Numbered from the stretch's first letter, positions 13,600 through 27,566 are shown. The stretch is DNA of 64,000 nt from Octopus sinensis (GCF_006345805.1 NC_043015.1:8494001-8558000); one strand, 5' to 3'. The notes: generated from the letters alone by a model not told the origin. Made by a program: numbers and translations.

Positions 13600-15125
13600 A
13601 CCATCATTTATTGTTTTCGCACATCTTCTATTGCTGGTAGTGAGCAACACTACCAGTGAATTAAGTTACCACATCATATTTTTGAGCACCATCCCGAGTA
13701 TTAGAGCGTTCCAAGCAGTGCTGTGTTCTGCAAGTGCTCCACATTTATTGCAATCACTATTTGTTCCATGTATTTTCAAGATTTTTACTCACTGTTCCCA
13801 GCGCTCCGACAATTATTGGTACTGCTACCACATTTTTCATTCTGCACAACTGCTTAACCGCCCACTCTAACCAGTCGCATCGATCGACATTTGTGTCTTC
13901 TTTATCACACACCCTGTTGTCAGTTGAGCATGCTATATCTATGATCCATCATCGTTTGATTTCTTTCTTAATTAATCCTATATCTGGTTTCCTATTATCA
14001 TTCTCATGGACGCATTGAAACATAAAATCACACAGGATCTTTAGATTTTCATTTTCGATTATGTCTTCGGGTTTAATTTCTTACCACATTTTTGCTCCGT
14101 CAACTCCATACTTGTTGCAATGTGTCCAATGGACAATCCTTGTTATATCATCATGAGGTCTCTTATATTAATTCTGGGCTACTGGCGTACTTTAACTAGT
14201 AATATGCCATACGATTTCACCATTTTCTCCACAAATTCTGCAAGTATCACTTTCTGATGTGTTGTCTATTCAGTATCTGATTTTCTTGTTTCTTAATGCT
14301 TGCTCTTGGGCAGTACACATTAGAAATTCCGTTTCCGGATTTAAATCATTTCTAATCATCCATAGCCATATGTTTCTATGTCTGTCTTATCTTCAACATC
14401 CCTATGAAATTGACCATGCATTCGTTTCAATATCCACCGATTTTCAGTTTTATTCAGTCTCAAGTATTTGTACAAGGATTTATCGTTGCAATCTTCCATC
14501 CTACACAGGCCTGACCTTTTCATTTCTTATAATCTTTGTTCTCTGCCATTTTTACATACTATGCTATGATGCTTTCTTCTGCTCTATGCTCTGTTCTCAT
14601 CAAATTAATCCTCTTCCCCTTTGTTCTTGGTACTTACAGCCTGTCTGTGTCACATTTGGGTGGATTATCCCATATCTAGTCAGCAACTTCCATGTCTTTT
14701 TGTCTAAGCTGTTTATTTCGTCTACTGTCCATGGGATTACACCCTGCTGCATATCTAAGGAGTGAAACCGCCCAGGTGCTGATAGCTTCAATGTTATCCC
14801 GTCTGTTTAATATGCCGTCCTCCACTTCCATGCACTCTTCTACTGATTTTAACCCTCTTTCGCCATCCTTTCTGGGTAAGTATAATCATGCTACTCCTAC
14901 CCTTGGTTGGAGTCCTCCATTCATATTGAATTGCTTCCTAGTTCTTCTGTCTAGCTTTGCCAATTCAGCTTTTGTGCAATCTACAAAAGCTGCTGTGTAT
15001 CTAAGTACTAATGCTAAACAGGTATTTAAAAAACTTCCCTATATTCGGACCATTTGGATCTAACCTCATTAGCTTCCATACCCTTCTACTGTTCTCCCTC
15101 TAAATTTACGTTTTCATTTCTATAG
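13600..15125 (-). mobile_element. 5'-truncated R4/Dong-type LINE (RT end, CCHC, restriction-like endonuclease)
   Basis: Minus strand VPIIVGALGTV and HLQNTALLGT (RLE C-terminus), and RGRGL in ORF 14600-14791. The 3' end abuts (AAC)n/(AAT)n and the 5' end abuts (ATG)n. Confidence 0.85.
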
Positions 15126-15142
15126 TTGTTGCTGTTGCTGTT

Positions 15143-15207
<65 letters not shown>

Positions 15208-15504
15208 TATCATCATAATCATCACCATCATCATTATCATCATCATATCACTCAGATGTGTTCCAATACACGTATGATAATACCCATCTATTTATCCGCG
15301 GTCTCATTAAGCACCATATATGTCATCATCATGTGTATCATAATCAACGTCGATTCCCCCACACTACAATAAATCGGTTCCCATTGTGCATGTGAGTACG
15401 ATATACAGAAATGGGATCTATTTTTTCCCTAGAACATATTTTAAAAAATTGAGATATTCACTATGAAGCATATGTATATATACGTATATATATATATATA
15501 TGCC

Positions 15505-15740
15505 TGTGGGTGGAGTGCTGGCAGAAACGTTAGCACACCGGGCTAAATGCGTAGCCGTATTTCGTCTGCCGTTACGTTCTGAGTTCAAACTCCGCCGAAG
15601 TCGGCTTTGCCTTTCATCCTTTCGGGTTCGATAAATTAAGTACCAGTTGCGCACTGGGGTCGATGTAATCGACTTAATCCCTTTGTCTGTCATTATTTGT
15701 CCCTTCTGTGTTTAGCCCCTTGTGGGCAATAAAGAAATAG
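15505..15740 (+). mobile_element. tRNA-derived SINE, near full length
   Basis: ctggcagaaacgttagc head, B box gagttcaaactcc, body shared with 49612-49845. Confidence 0.85.
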
Positions 15741-15775
15741 ATATTGTTTAAAAGGTGTCAAAACCAAAAATAAAG

Positions 15776-15892
15776 AAGACGGTGAGCTGGCAGAAACGTT
15801 AGCACGCCGGGCGAAATGCGTAGCCGTATTTCGTCTGCCGTTACGTTCTGAGTTCAAATTCCGTCGATGTCGACTTTACCTTTCATCCTTTC
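15776..15892 (+). mobile_element. SINE 5' half, second tandem copy
   Basis: Repeats the first ~115 bp of the preceding copy. Confidence 0.85.
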
Positions 15893-17628
15893 TTAAAATA
15901 TTACACACGAGCACACACTTATATATATATACACACACATACACACATATATGGGCACACAGAGGCATACACTCACACATTCACACACACATATACATAA
16001 TAAATATTGGCATACACTCACACACATGATACTTGTTTTGTTTCCAAAGATCTCAGGCACTTTAACAAAGATGTGATTCCACGGTATAATCATTTGTTTT
16101 TCATATAACTCCCTTGATACTGCTTGTAGTCATATACTATCACTGTATTTTGTAATTGCCTATGGTAACATACGTAATGCAAATACTCAAATATGTACGT
16201 TTGGGTTTATTATTCTTCTATTATAAGAAGAAAACTTAGCCGCAATTTTAATGACTTAGATTGAATAAAATTCTACTCTATCCGAAATACATTCAGCTAA
16301 ACGTATCGGTGAGACATGCTGCACATTATGTTGTTGGAAGGTAGATCTTTTTCTATAAATTGCTTAGATAATAATTATTTGAGGGAAACATGTGAACTCC
16401 AAATTATATAGGTGAGAACCTACAATATATAAATTTAGCCATGTTTGTTGATACTTTTCGTGATCTCTAAATGTTTTGTACCTTTATCATTATTTCGCAG
16501 ACGTCACTACGAATTACAGGTACTTCATGGATTTCCTATACTGTTTCTCTACTTTCTGATTTAATCTGCTCAATGATTTATACCTAATTAAATATAAATT
16601 AACATAAAGTGTTAGCATAACGTTACGGAATGTGGATTGAAACAGTGAACATTGCAGCAGATGTTACGTGATATTACACAGAGAGCATCGTACGATGAGG
16701 CTGTTGCAGAACATGTAATTACGCTTCTGATCCACGTGAGAATATTTTTCAGTACTGCACTTGTAAAAAAAGTAGATGATATGATATATGTAATGATCGT
16801 CTAAGATGATGTTACATATACAAAACAAACAATTGAATAATCAAAATATACATGAATAAAATTTTGCACGAATGAAACCGAAATTTTTATGACTGCAATT
16901 CTTGGTTAGATATATCTCGAATACATATATAAGTGTAAAATAATATTATAAAACAGAAAATGCTGCATAAAATGTATCAAAAAGAGCTTAATAAAAGTAA
17001 GGTAGAACGGACGATAAAAACATCTATTAATAAGAACTGGCAAAAAACACAGTTTCTCCTGCGTAAAGAACAAGAAAAAAACACTAGCAATTTCTGAAGG
17101 TGTCACGAGATGAGAAAAAATGTATCACATGTTTCATGGCTTATCGTTGTTTTATGTTGTATCAAAATAAGTTTGAAATTTCTATATCTAGTTCGATATT
17201 TATTTTACGTTCCACGTTGTGTACAAATGGTTCAGCGTTTAGCAAATATAATTTCTACTAAGGTGAACGAAGCTGTATATAATTATGTCAGGTAAATCTC
17301 GATACCGGAACAAAATATAAGAATTAGGAAAACACATTTATTTCATAGTTACTAGTATCACACTTTCCTATTGCTTGTGTGGTTGGCATTACTAGAATGT
17401 CCAGGTCAACACTGATTTAATACCTTTAAATGATCATCCAATCATTCGGTATACCATCTAAATACAAGGCAGAATATCAAACGGAGAGAGTTTAGGGTAA
17501 TATAAACGGTAAATTCTGTTGCCTAAACTATGATCTTCCTCAATAAAATGTAGATGAATGGAATGTTTGCCAATGTTATCATACTTCGTAAAACTAATTC
17601 TGATGCATTTACATTCCAAAGCTACACG

Positions 17629-17722
<94 letters not shown>

Positions 17723-17849
17723 TGTAGGGTTACATATATACATACATATGTACATATGTATGTGTATGCAACTGTATGTATGTATTCTGCACATTCATGT
17801 ACTTGCATATCCGTGTGTCGTTACTGTTTGTGTATCTAACCTCGCATTG

Positions 17850-18700
17850 GTTAGAGACTGTGAAAAATAGAGTGCAGCTCCTCCACTACTATTACATGAA
17901 ACCCATAACTTCAAAATATGTTCTTCGCACAGAACATGAAAATTAACATGCTGATAGCAGACTTAGATAGAATAATGAACAATGTGCCCCTACAATGCGA
18001 ACACTATGAAACGAAAAAAACACATACAGAACATTATGTCCAGCATGCAGTTCTCTGGATATGGTCAGAAAGATAGGTTTCAAGTAAACAGGGCGGCTAG
18101 AAAGAAATTAGACAATATTATACGTAATAATACCAGTGATATAGAAACAAAGAATGGAATAGGATACAAAAGAATTTGGGACAAAGCAAACATGGCGAGC
18201 ACCTGGTATAAAACCGACAAATATCAAAGAGTGATGTTTGTAGGGGCCCCAGCCGTAGATTTAGAAAAGTCCTGAAGGAGATCAGATTTAACATTATTAT
18301 TGTTGAAAAGCGAGGGAACTCCGTCAGATGAAAAGTATGTAGGACGTACCCCTTTGAAAATAAAATATGCACCAATGATAACTGCATGGTATGTAGGATT
18401 GTGTGTAGAACTCGAAATTTCGTTTACAGCATAAGATCCATAGAAAGTGCTTGTAAACACATGAACATGCCGTACATAGGGGAGACATATAGGAGCATTG
18501 TGGAATGACTAAATGTACATCTGAGACAATATGACAACAAAAAACAGTCCTCCGTGCTCTACTAACATACCAAAGACCACCAAGGAGGCAACTTGGGTGA
18601 ACTTGACGTCGGCATCTTATCCAAGCACCCAAAAGACCTAGCACTCAGACAAATACGGGATTAAGTCCTTATAAATGAAACTTCACCAATACTAAATAGG
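17850..18700 (+). mobile_element. Decayed Penelope-like element (Neptune-like), RT thumb to GIY-YIG
   Basis: YYMKPITSK; WYKTDKYQRVMFV; IIVEKRG; CMVC...NFVYSI...YIGETYRS; H..DHQ...ILSKHPKDLALRQI...PILN. Confidence 0.85.
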
Positions 18701-18714
18701 AATTTTTTTTTTTA

Positions 18715-19012
18715 CCTGACCGACCAGTCCATTAGATGTAGTTACACATCGCTGGTTACAATGCGTTCGCATTGTTTTAGCCTTCGAATGACGCCATCCC
18801 GCTGGCTGAGCGAGCAGGCCAACAGAAGAAAGAGTGGGAGAAAGAGTGGTGAAAGAGTACAGCAGGGATCACCACCCCCTGCCAGAGCCTCGTGGAGCTT
18901 TTAGGTGTTTTCGCTCAATAAACACTCACAGCGCCTGGTCTGGGAATCGAAACCGCGATTATACGACCGTGACTCTGCTGCCCTAACCACTAGGTCATTG
19001 CGCATCCACAAT
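18715..19012 (-). mobile_element. tRNA-derived SINE sharing its 5' part with 63235-63622
   Basis: Reverse complement of the head tggatgcgcaatgacctagtggttagggcagc and body to ctgtactctttcacc. The 3' tail differs. Confidence 0.85.
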
Positions 19013-19575
19013 AGGAAATATACACAGTAGATATCATACCTCCATACCCACGGTTAGAGTAGAATAGTTAATGAGCTGTAGATAGATGCATGTAAGCGTA
19101 TGTGTGTGTGTGTGTTAGTATATATGTGTATATGCACATGTATGTGAGCATATGGATATGAAAATAAACTGGCCAACATACAGACGGATAGGTACATAGG
19201 TTATATGAACAAACAAGCACACATACGCAAATGGAGAATGAAAAACATGGCTATATATACACACACACTTTACTTCACACAAGGACACACATGAAGACAC
19301 GTGTCCACACATATGGAGATACACATCCATACATACAAACATGGTACATAGTTGCAAAACACAAATACGCACACTGACCCACACACATGGACACAAACAA
19401 AAAGGAACGCAATGTAAACAACGGACAGAGTTAAGACTAGAAAATGTTGCAAGACGCAACGAAAATTTTAGGAAAATAAAAGTTAGGAATAAGGGGAAAT
19501 TCAACCGGTGAGTGTGTTAAACTATAAGGCACAAAAAGGAAATTACTCTCCCCAGATACAACAGTGTTTATATAT

Positions 19576-19646
<71 letters not shown>

Positions 19647-20236
19647 TCTCACACAACACATATATAAGTATACATACATACACATATATATATATATACA
19701 TGAATATATACATATATAAAGGTATATATGTGTGTGTTTGTGTATGCATCTGTTTTTAGGAATATGTAAATGGGCGTATGTGTGTAGCTGTGTGAAGGTT
19801 AGCTGAACGATGTATATGTTTATTAAGAATAATAAAGATGACTACCTTATAAAGCTATTTATATATTTGCTAGTATATAAGGTGTATTTGTGCCATCCTT
19901 TATTAATACGTAAATCAATAATTGAATAATGATGCACTTATCCTGAAAGGACAAAATATTTTCGCCGCACCGTCTGTGGTTTGTTTTCCCAGGCACTCAA
20001 GAAAATTCAGCTGATCACTTAAGAATAACAGTTACTAATCTGATTAGCTCTCACAAACATTATACACATACACACACTTAGACATACATGCACACAGTTT
20101 CCGACACACACACATACACACATACATACATACATACATACATACATACATTCATACATACATCTAGATATATTCTCTAAATACATATGTATATATGTGT
20201 GTGTGTATGTGCGTATGTATATATGTATATTTATAA

Positions 20237-20322
<86 letters not shown>

Positions 20323-20890
20323 GTTTCTTTGTGTCTGTGTATGCGTATATACATCTAAATATAACCTCGCCACTATTTTGTATCTTAACATTAATAGCCT
20401 TCGAACATCATTGAAATATTGCAAGGCTAAAAGGATACAAAAACAATTGAAAATCTGTTATAAAGGCGTTATTTGGCCATATGTATATTTCGGTGATTCT
20501 TTCAGAAAAAAATTGTTACCAAATTCTGCCACACAAGTTATTTCCAATTCCTAAGATAGATTGAAAAACAATTAGCATGTATCTACAAATTATTACATAT
20601 GCTACATTGGAATACTCGTTTAACCTCAATATACTCATTGAAATTTAGGACAAAAAAACCAGGCGAAATATTCATTCATATTTGTAATTATGTATATATA
20701 TATATATACATATACGTTTAAATATTTGTTGTGCAAGATTTTTTATGTGAAGTCGTGTGTTGAAACAGATATTGTTATATTTCGGAATGGTCATATTGCC
20801 AGTTTAGCCAATAAAAACACACGCACTATATATTTGGTGTTATTTTGCTTCAGTGATATTTATTTTTTACATAAATCTTAATCTTATTTC

Positions 20891-20935
20891 GGCCAAAGTT
20901 CTTTCGTCACACTCCTGTGACCGCATCAGTGGTCC
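20891..20935 (-). ncRNA. Variant minimal type-I hammerhead-like motif (left arm)
   Basis: Exact inverse of 21527-21571. Confidence 0.55.
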
Positions 20936-21526
20936 TTTGTTTTCTTCTCACTTACTTGTGTCTCTCCTTACTAACCGTCAGCCATTTTGTATTTCTATTG
21001 TATGTCTTCATTTGCACATGCTTATATCTCTATGTGCGTCTATGTTTATTTAGTGTGTGTGTGGGGGATGCCTGTAATATTTGTATCTTCTGGTTATATA
21101 CATTCTTGTAATTTGTATTTTGTTTTTGTTGTTGTTGCTTTTGTTCTAAGCATATGTAATGATAATAATGGGTGGATGTAAACACATGAACAAAATTAGA
21201 ACAAAAGCAACAACAACAAAAACAAAATACAAATTACTAATATTGCTGTTATACATACATACAAGCATATGTAATGATAATAATGGGTGGATGTAAACAC
21301 ATGAACAAAATTAGAACAAAAGCAACAACAACAAAAACAAAATACAAATTACAAGAATGTATATAACCAGAAGATACAAATATTACAGGCATCCCCCCCA
21401 CACACACACTAAGTAAACATAGACGCACATAGAGATATAAGCATGTGCAAATGAAGACATACAATAGAAATACAAAATGGCTGACGGTTAGTAAGGAGAG
21501 ATACAAGTAAGTGAGAAGAAAACAAA

Positions 21527-21571
21527 GGACCACTGATGCGGTCACAGGAGTGTGACGAAAGAACTTTGGCC
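21527..21571 (+). ncRNA. Variant minimal type-I hammerhead-like motif (right arm)
   Basis: GGACCA-CUGAUGCG-GUCAC(AGGAGU)GUGAC-GAAA-GAAC-UU-UGGCC. 5-bp stem II, 2-bp stem III, stem I GG(A)CCA/UGGCC. The core has C in place of A9 plus one extra nucleotide. Confidence 0.55.
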
Positions 21572-22212
21572 GAAATAAGATTAAGATTTATGTAAAAAAT
21601 AAATATCACTGAAGCAAAATAACACCAAATATATAGTGCGTGTGTTTTTATTGGCTAAACTGGCAATATGACCATTCCGAAATATAACAATATATATACA
21701 TAATTAGTTGTGAAATGAACCGGCGTGTGACCAGCAGCTTTCCTCATGTCTCCTGAAATTATACCTTCATTTTTATGGATGGATTCACCTTCTCTGGGAA
21801 GTTAACGATCTTTTTAAAAACTTTTTTATAAAACTGAGCATCATTAGAAAGCTTTTTAAGTCTGCTTAAAATTTGACTGTAAATTTCATAGAACTCACTC
21901 CTAATACTTCATGAGAATAATCAAACTCTCTAGGATGTCTGGAAAACATATATGTGATTTAGCTGAGGAATACTGGACATTTGTATTTGCTGCAATATTT
22001 GCAGCTTCAAATAAAATTGCTCTTAGTATGAAACAATTGTACTAAACTACTAATCCGTTCATGTTGCTTTTTTCTTTGTTATAATCACCCCACATTATTT
22101 TATGGTTAATACCATAAAGAATTCTGGTGCATCTGAGTTAAGTACCATATTCATTTGAATTAATTGGAATTCACTTGAATTCACTTTAATTCACTTTAAT
22201 TGTTTTTGCTGA

Positions 22213-22282
<70 letters not shown>

Positions 22283-22286
<4 letters not shown>

Positions 22287-23225
22287 GTCATCCCATAGCT
22301 AAAAATGTTTTGTTTATACTTCTATTTTTCAAACTTAAGATAAACATATATACTCACCTTCATTTTCTACAATGGTCTTCCATCTATCTGGTAGACTTGT
22401 ACCGCCCCTCCTCCAATATTCAGTTGTCTGTGACGAAAAATTCTCCTCCACTATTGTTCTAACATCGTCTAAAGAATTTTTATTTTTCCGTTGAAATGAT
22501 TTTGAAGTCAGCAGAATAAATGCTAATTGGATGGAGCAATGTACATCGTATATGGTTGGTGGGGCATCGTTTCCCATTCAAACTGCTGCAGCGTTTGGAA
22601 TGTCATCATCACCGTATGTGACCGAGCATTATCCTGATGGGAGAATACCCTTCGTCTTATAATGAAAGATGGTCATTTTTCTTCTAACACGGATTTAAAT
22701 AACTGGTTCAATGTCCAAATCCAAGCTTCTCGGCTATATTCTCAACAGTTACGATGGGATGTTGTTCCATCAGTGTTTCCAGGACGTCCTCGTAGAGCTC
22801 TACGTGTCTCGTGTTCTAGTTTGCAGTTTCCGGCTCCGAAATCCTGGAACCACCGTTGCCACATGCTCATGTTTATTTTCCGATCTTCATATACTTTATC
22901 AATATACCTCGCATCTTCCGTTGCGTTGTTGCTTTTATTGACCTCATCAATAAACATACATCGAATAAGCTCTTTTGTTACTAGCAGAAAATGAAATTTC
23001 ACAGATGCGATCTGTTCGGTCGTTTCAGCCATCGCAAAAATCGACGCACAGGGGCGAGGCACTGCAAAACAAAAACACACGACGGGGCAGTATGACAAAC
23101 GCATAACACTCGTCGGCAGACAAATGCATGAGGGTCGCATTAAGTGGCTTATAGCGGCAGAACCCTGAAATACAATGGCTTTCTTCCACAGAGAAAGTTT
23201 CCGGTTACTTTTAGACACACTGTCG
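22283..23225 (-). mobile_element. Composite, internally deleted mariner (two families joined near 22985)
   Basis: HQDNARSHT, LPDRWKTIVENEGEYI, WQRWFQDFGAG and a second start MAETTEQIASVKF. The two ends (ttgggtcatcccata and cgacagtgtgtctaaaagtaaccgg) are different TIR types, each next to TA. Confidence 0.85.
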
Positions 23226-24247
23226 TATTAAAATTGCAAAATATTTAGTTTATTGAATGCAAGGCCTTTCCAACCACAAAATGTCAAGTAGAGCAGGTTC
23301 AAAATCCTGCTGGCTATACACATATGTAGACGTATACCTACCTGTGTTTTTGTCTTTGGTTGTATCTGAGTGTTGGTGTGTTGACTTCCTCATAACTTAA
23401 TGGTTTGTTAAAGGTGCGCACTCTACGGTTATTACTCGATCGAAAGCGAATTCATTCGTCGGTTAAATATCCACTGAAATGACATTAGCGGGAATTCTAT
23501 GCAAACCCGTTTATAAGTTAAGAAAGTGAATAAACAGTCTGATATTTTCATTGCTACTCATATGCAATGACCAAAGTATATTGTATTCAATGTCGGCTTA
23601 ATATATATATTACGCCACTTTTAGCCATAGATCCATTTCTACCTTCTCGTGGAAATTGCATAAGCGGGTATTTTACGAAAGCAAATTTTACTTTACCTAA
23701 TGGTTGCATTCGTTAAGTTTTTAATCAATTTCACCGTAAGAATATTCTATAACGTTAAGATCTAAAAGCTAATTTGCTTCTAGTATAAGAAATCTTTGCA
23801 GAAAAATACTCTGATGCAATAAAGGAAAGTAATATAAAGAATCTATACATAAATGCAAGCACCTCTTTAACAAAACCTATATATAAAAATTACAATTCTC
23901 TGTCACATCCGTATTCTGAAATTTTGTTGATGTATACATTGTGATTATTTTTTAAAATATTGAAAACGAATTCTAGATTTCAACTCCTTTAACTGCATAA
24001 CTTGAAATTTTAATACTAAAGTTATTGCTTAGTCATATACCATACAGGAACTTACACCAAATTAAATAGAGCTTTAGACCAAAAGCTAAAAGATGCAGGG
24101 AAGATTATATTAGGATTTCACTTCAAGAAACCTCTATTTAAGCGCACACTAACACCTAGACATATATACAGACATCCCATGCTTGCACTCATAAGCACAT
24201 ATATGCATGTAATATAGATATATATATGTGTATATATATATATATAA

Positions 24248-24299
<52 letters not shown>

Positions 24300-24309
24300 T
24301 TTGATACTT

Positions 24310-24608
24310 TGATAGGTTTCGGCCATTATTGGCCCAGGCCATGTCTAACTTAATAGCACCACCTGGTGAAGTCTTTCAAGTCAGAATTTGGGCACTATGG
24401 CCCACTCAAGTAGAGAGTTATTGTTTACAGAGACATATCCGGGTGTAGGGGGTTTATCCGGGATTTCTTGAAGGAATCTGTCCAAAGACTTCTTGAACCC
24501 TATAGGGTATGTTTCTGTTTTAATGTGTTTTGGTGTAATGTTAAAGAGAGCGGAGCCAATTGAGGTGAAATAATTGTGCCGTATTGTTGTTATGAGATGA
24601 GAGTGCGA
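24310..24608 (-). mobile_element. 3' end of a CR1/L2-type LINE
   Basis: Minus strand NYFTSIGSALFNITPKHIK...FKKSLDRFLQEIPDKPPTPGYVSVNNNSLLEW. Confidence 0.8.
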
Positions 24609-27516
24609 TTATATATATATATATATAATATTTCATCATTAATCTGGTAATCAGTCTCTTGCAACGTTATACTGCTTGCTACGTAAGTGCACATATCTTG
24701 AGACGTGTTGTAATATATAATGGTTTGAAAATATACAGACGTACGTTCCTATGAACACATACACTTACACAGATATTTATACACGCATGAAAACACTGAT
24801 TCGAGGAATGCAACGTGTAACTTGATGAAATGAAGCCCAGAAGCGAAAACAACAAGCATATTGGTGTTATACATATAAGCTGAAATTAAAGAACATATTT
24901 ATGTTTCAGCATGCCTTGCCAATATTTCCCTATTCAAAGCTTACTCATATTTCCATTCCCCTCAAGATCGGTAGTAATATTGCGAGATGTAGGTTTTACT
25001 TTGAATAACTATTACTTTGTTGCATAGAAATAATTTTTCATGCTATTGTTTGAAGACAAAGAGCTGGAATGACAAACATTTTACAGATCTTTAACGTAAG
25101 AAAATACTAGAACGAAAAATCAATTATTCAATATAATAATATGTTTGTTTCTGCAGTTTAATCCTATTTCAATTGAGATCGATTTTCTGCACAATATACT
25201 TTCCCTCTTTCTCACGAATTTTGCTTGTTTATTGTATTATCAAAAATTGTTCATTTTACCAAAGTACGTTTCCTTTTCTGCTCGATTTATGTGACTTTTC
25301 GAGATGATTTCATGAGACAGGCTTTCCCAGAATCATGGACACATCTAACTCTATTATTGTGGATCGGTCATGTAGATTTTCTGGTTTTAAGCTAAATCCA
25401 TGTTCCTGCTATAAGGAATTATCTGACTCATGAAAAACATCAATAGCGACATAATTTGTCACGATATATTAGCATTGTGTTCCCAAAATATTATGATGAA
25501 GGAATTATTGAATCTGTAAAGTACACAGCCGATGTTGGTGACAATATCAGCGAACTCCTTTCCGTTCCGAAATCAAATCCTGGTTGCGTCATTCTTTTTT
25601 CTTTTCACACCACATGTTTCGATAAAATAACTGCACATCAAGTACGATAGTGTATTAAATTGTACAATGTTTAAGCAACATAACCTCGTTCTCATTGTTA
25701 TGTAAAACTTCATTAATAAAGTTCTAACAATTCAAAATTTTGAAGACCTGAATAGTGGTAGTAGAAGCAGATGTAGGCACTTCAGCATCACATTACTTAT
25801 TCACCAGTTGCAACATTATTACAATGCGCATAGTTAATATAGAAATATGAATTGTTTATTCTTAATTCAATAATGGAACTGTTAACAGTAATGGCAATTA
25901 GTCTTTTCTCTGTGGTAGAGAGATTTTGTCATTAGCTGGAAGTGTTAATATCATCGACATTTCCGCCATAGCAATTAAATATTTATAATTCAGATGAACA
26001 AAATCCAACGTAAACGCATCTCTAAGATGTAAATTCAAGTTCAAGCTGTAAATTCGACAGGGAACTAACAGCATATTCCAGCGGTTTCAAGGCAACTATA
26101 GACTAAACTTAGCATTTTTCTTTCCTTTTTATCATAAGAGGTTGCTAGAGATCTGGAAAAAATCTCTCTTCGAACAAGATCTATTTCCGCACAAGATCTC
26201 TTTCTCACTATCCACTCTCTTTCTTAATCCATCTCTCTATCTCTTTTTATATATATGATAATGAGGAACAAGTTACTTATCCAAATCTCTATTTAATCCC
26301 AATAAATTACTCGGCCGCCCTCTTCATGTAAAAACAAAAATGTAAAATTACTAAACTCGCAATAATAAAAGGAAATAAAATATGAAAACACAAAATCGAC
26401 TTAAAGTAGCATTATCAACAGAAAATCCTCCTCAAATTCAATTGACTAAAACAGCACAACTATATATATATTGTATAAATATATGTATGTATATGCCCAT
26501 GCATGTCTTTTCTAGATATTAATTATTATAAAAGACATTCCTAAATACTTACAAACAATATGTGTAAATACACATGAATGTAATTCTTGTGTTTGTTTAT
26601 CAATCTTTAAATGTAAACATATGTTTGTGTGTGAGTAGAACGAGAGTATATTATTAATACCAATAGTGTCTCAAGTGATATACTATATTTCAGCATAAAG
26701 TTGAATGTATTTTCATTGCAGTATTACTATGAAAACTTTAAAAGTGAGCGTTAATTAAAACTTTTGATGATAGAATTCATAAGATACAATATTGCTTCAC
26801 AATAACTTACAACTACTGATTTTATACATTATTTGTCCAGTAACACAAACACACATGATATCTAATTCTCAAGTGCATGCAAGTTAAAGCAATATCCGTA
26901 GAATTATTTTATGCAGCTTATCGAAATATACGAGGTATTCAAAATCAAAAATATCCATGTATTCCCATTGTTCTTGCATTTAAAATTACTGCTAGTCTGC
27001 TATAATTTAAATATTTCAATTGCATTGTGCAAATGTTACGTATATAAAAAGGAAAATTAAATAAAGTTATTTACATTGTTAAAATTACATTGTAGCAGTA
27101 ACTCACTAAGCAGACACATATTTCTTAAAACTAGATAAACTTGCAAATAAATATTAAATATTCTATGCATGTTGGAAATACTTGTTTACCAATTTTCTAT
27201 ATTTCACAAAAATGTTACACAGAAAACAGTCAGCAAGATTGTTGGTAATTAGATTTTCTTTACATCGAATACTTGAGAGTAGAAGTTGAAATAAATATAA
27301 ATTAAATAATGACAATGTAAATCTATTTGAAAAAGCATACGAATACGAGCAATATTTCACAATTAACTGCCACATCGTGTAACGAGGATACATTGTTCAA
27401 TTCACATTCTGACAATAATGTGGAACGATAACACACAGACATCTATCAATCTATCTGTCTATCAGTCTATATATATATATATATATATACTTTATTTTAA
27501 GCAGCAGAAAATTCAA

Positions 27517-27566
27517 CAAAATCTGTTACTCTGAGTTTCTCGTTGCCGTTCATCAGACAGTTTTTG
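27517..27566 (-). ncRNA. Minimal type-I hammerhead motif (left arm)
   Basis: Exact inverse of 28602-28651. Confidence 0.75.

Larger units (their letters stand above)
20715..21693. repeat. Fold-back element 1: ~380-bp inverted arms with a central 90-bp direct duplication
   Basis: 20769-21149 is the reverse complement of 21311-21693 with about 3 differences. 21148-21237 is repeated at 21263-21352. A ~54-bp extension lies on the left arm only. TA runs at both ends. Confidence 0.95.

Noticed and set aside
19430-19570. GUUGC(AAGAC)GCAAC-GAAA-AUUUU(AGG)AAAAU hairpins next to (TA)n
   Set aside because: Stem II and GAAA are present, but there is no CUGANGA core (reads CUAGAAAAU) and the stem III register is off, so it is not called as an HHR.
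20853-21609. Paired near-identical ORFs on opposite strands (also 27956-28216 and 27572/28525)
   Set aside because: By-products of the palindromes; short, low complexity, no recognisable domains.
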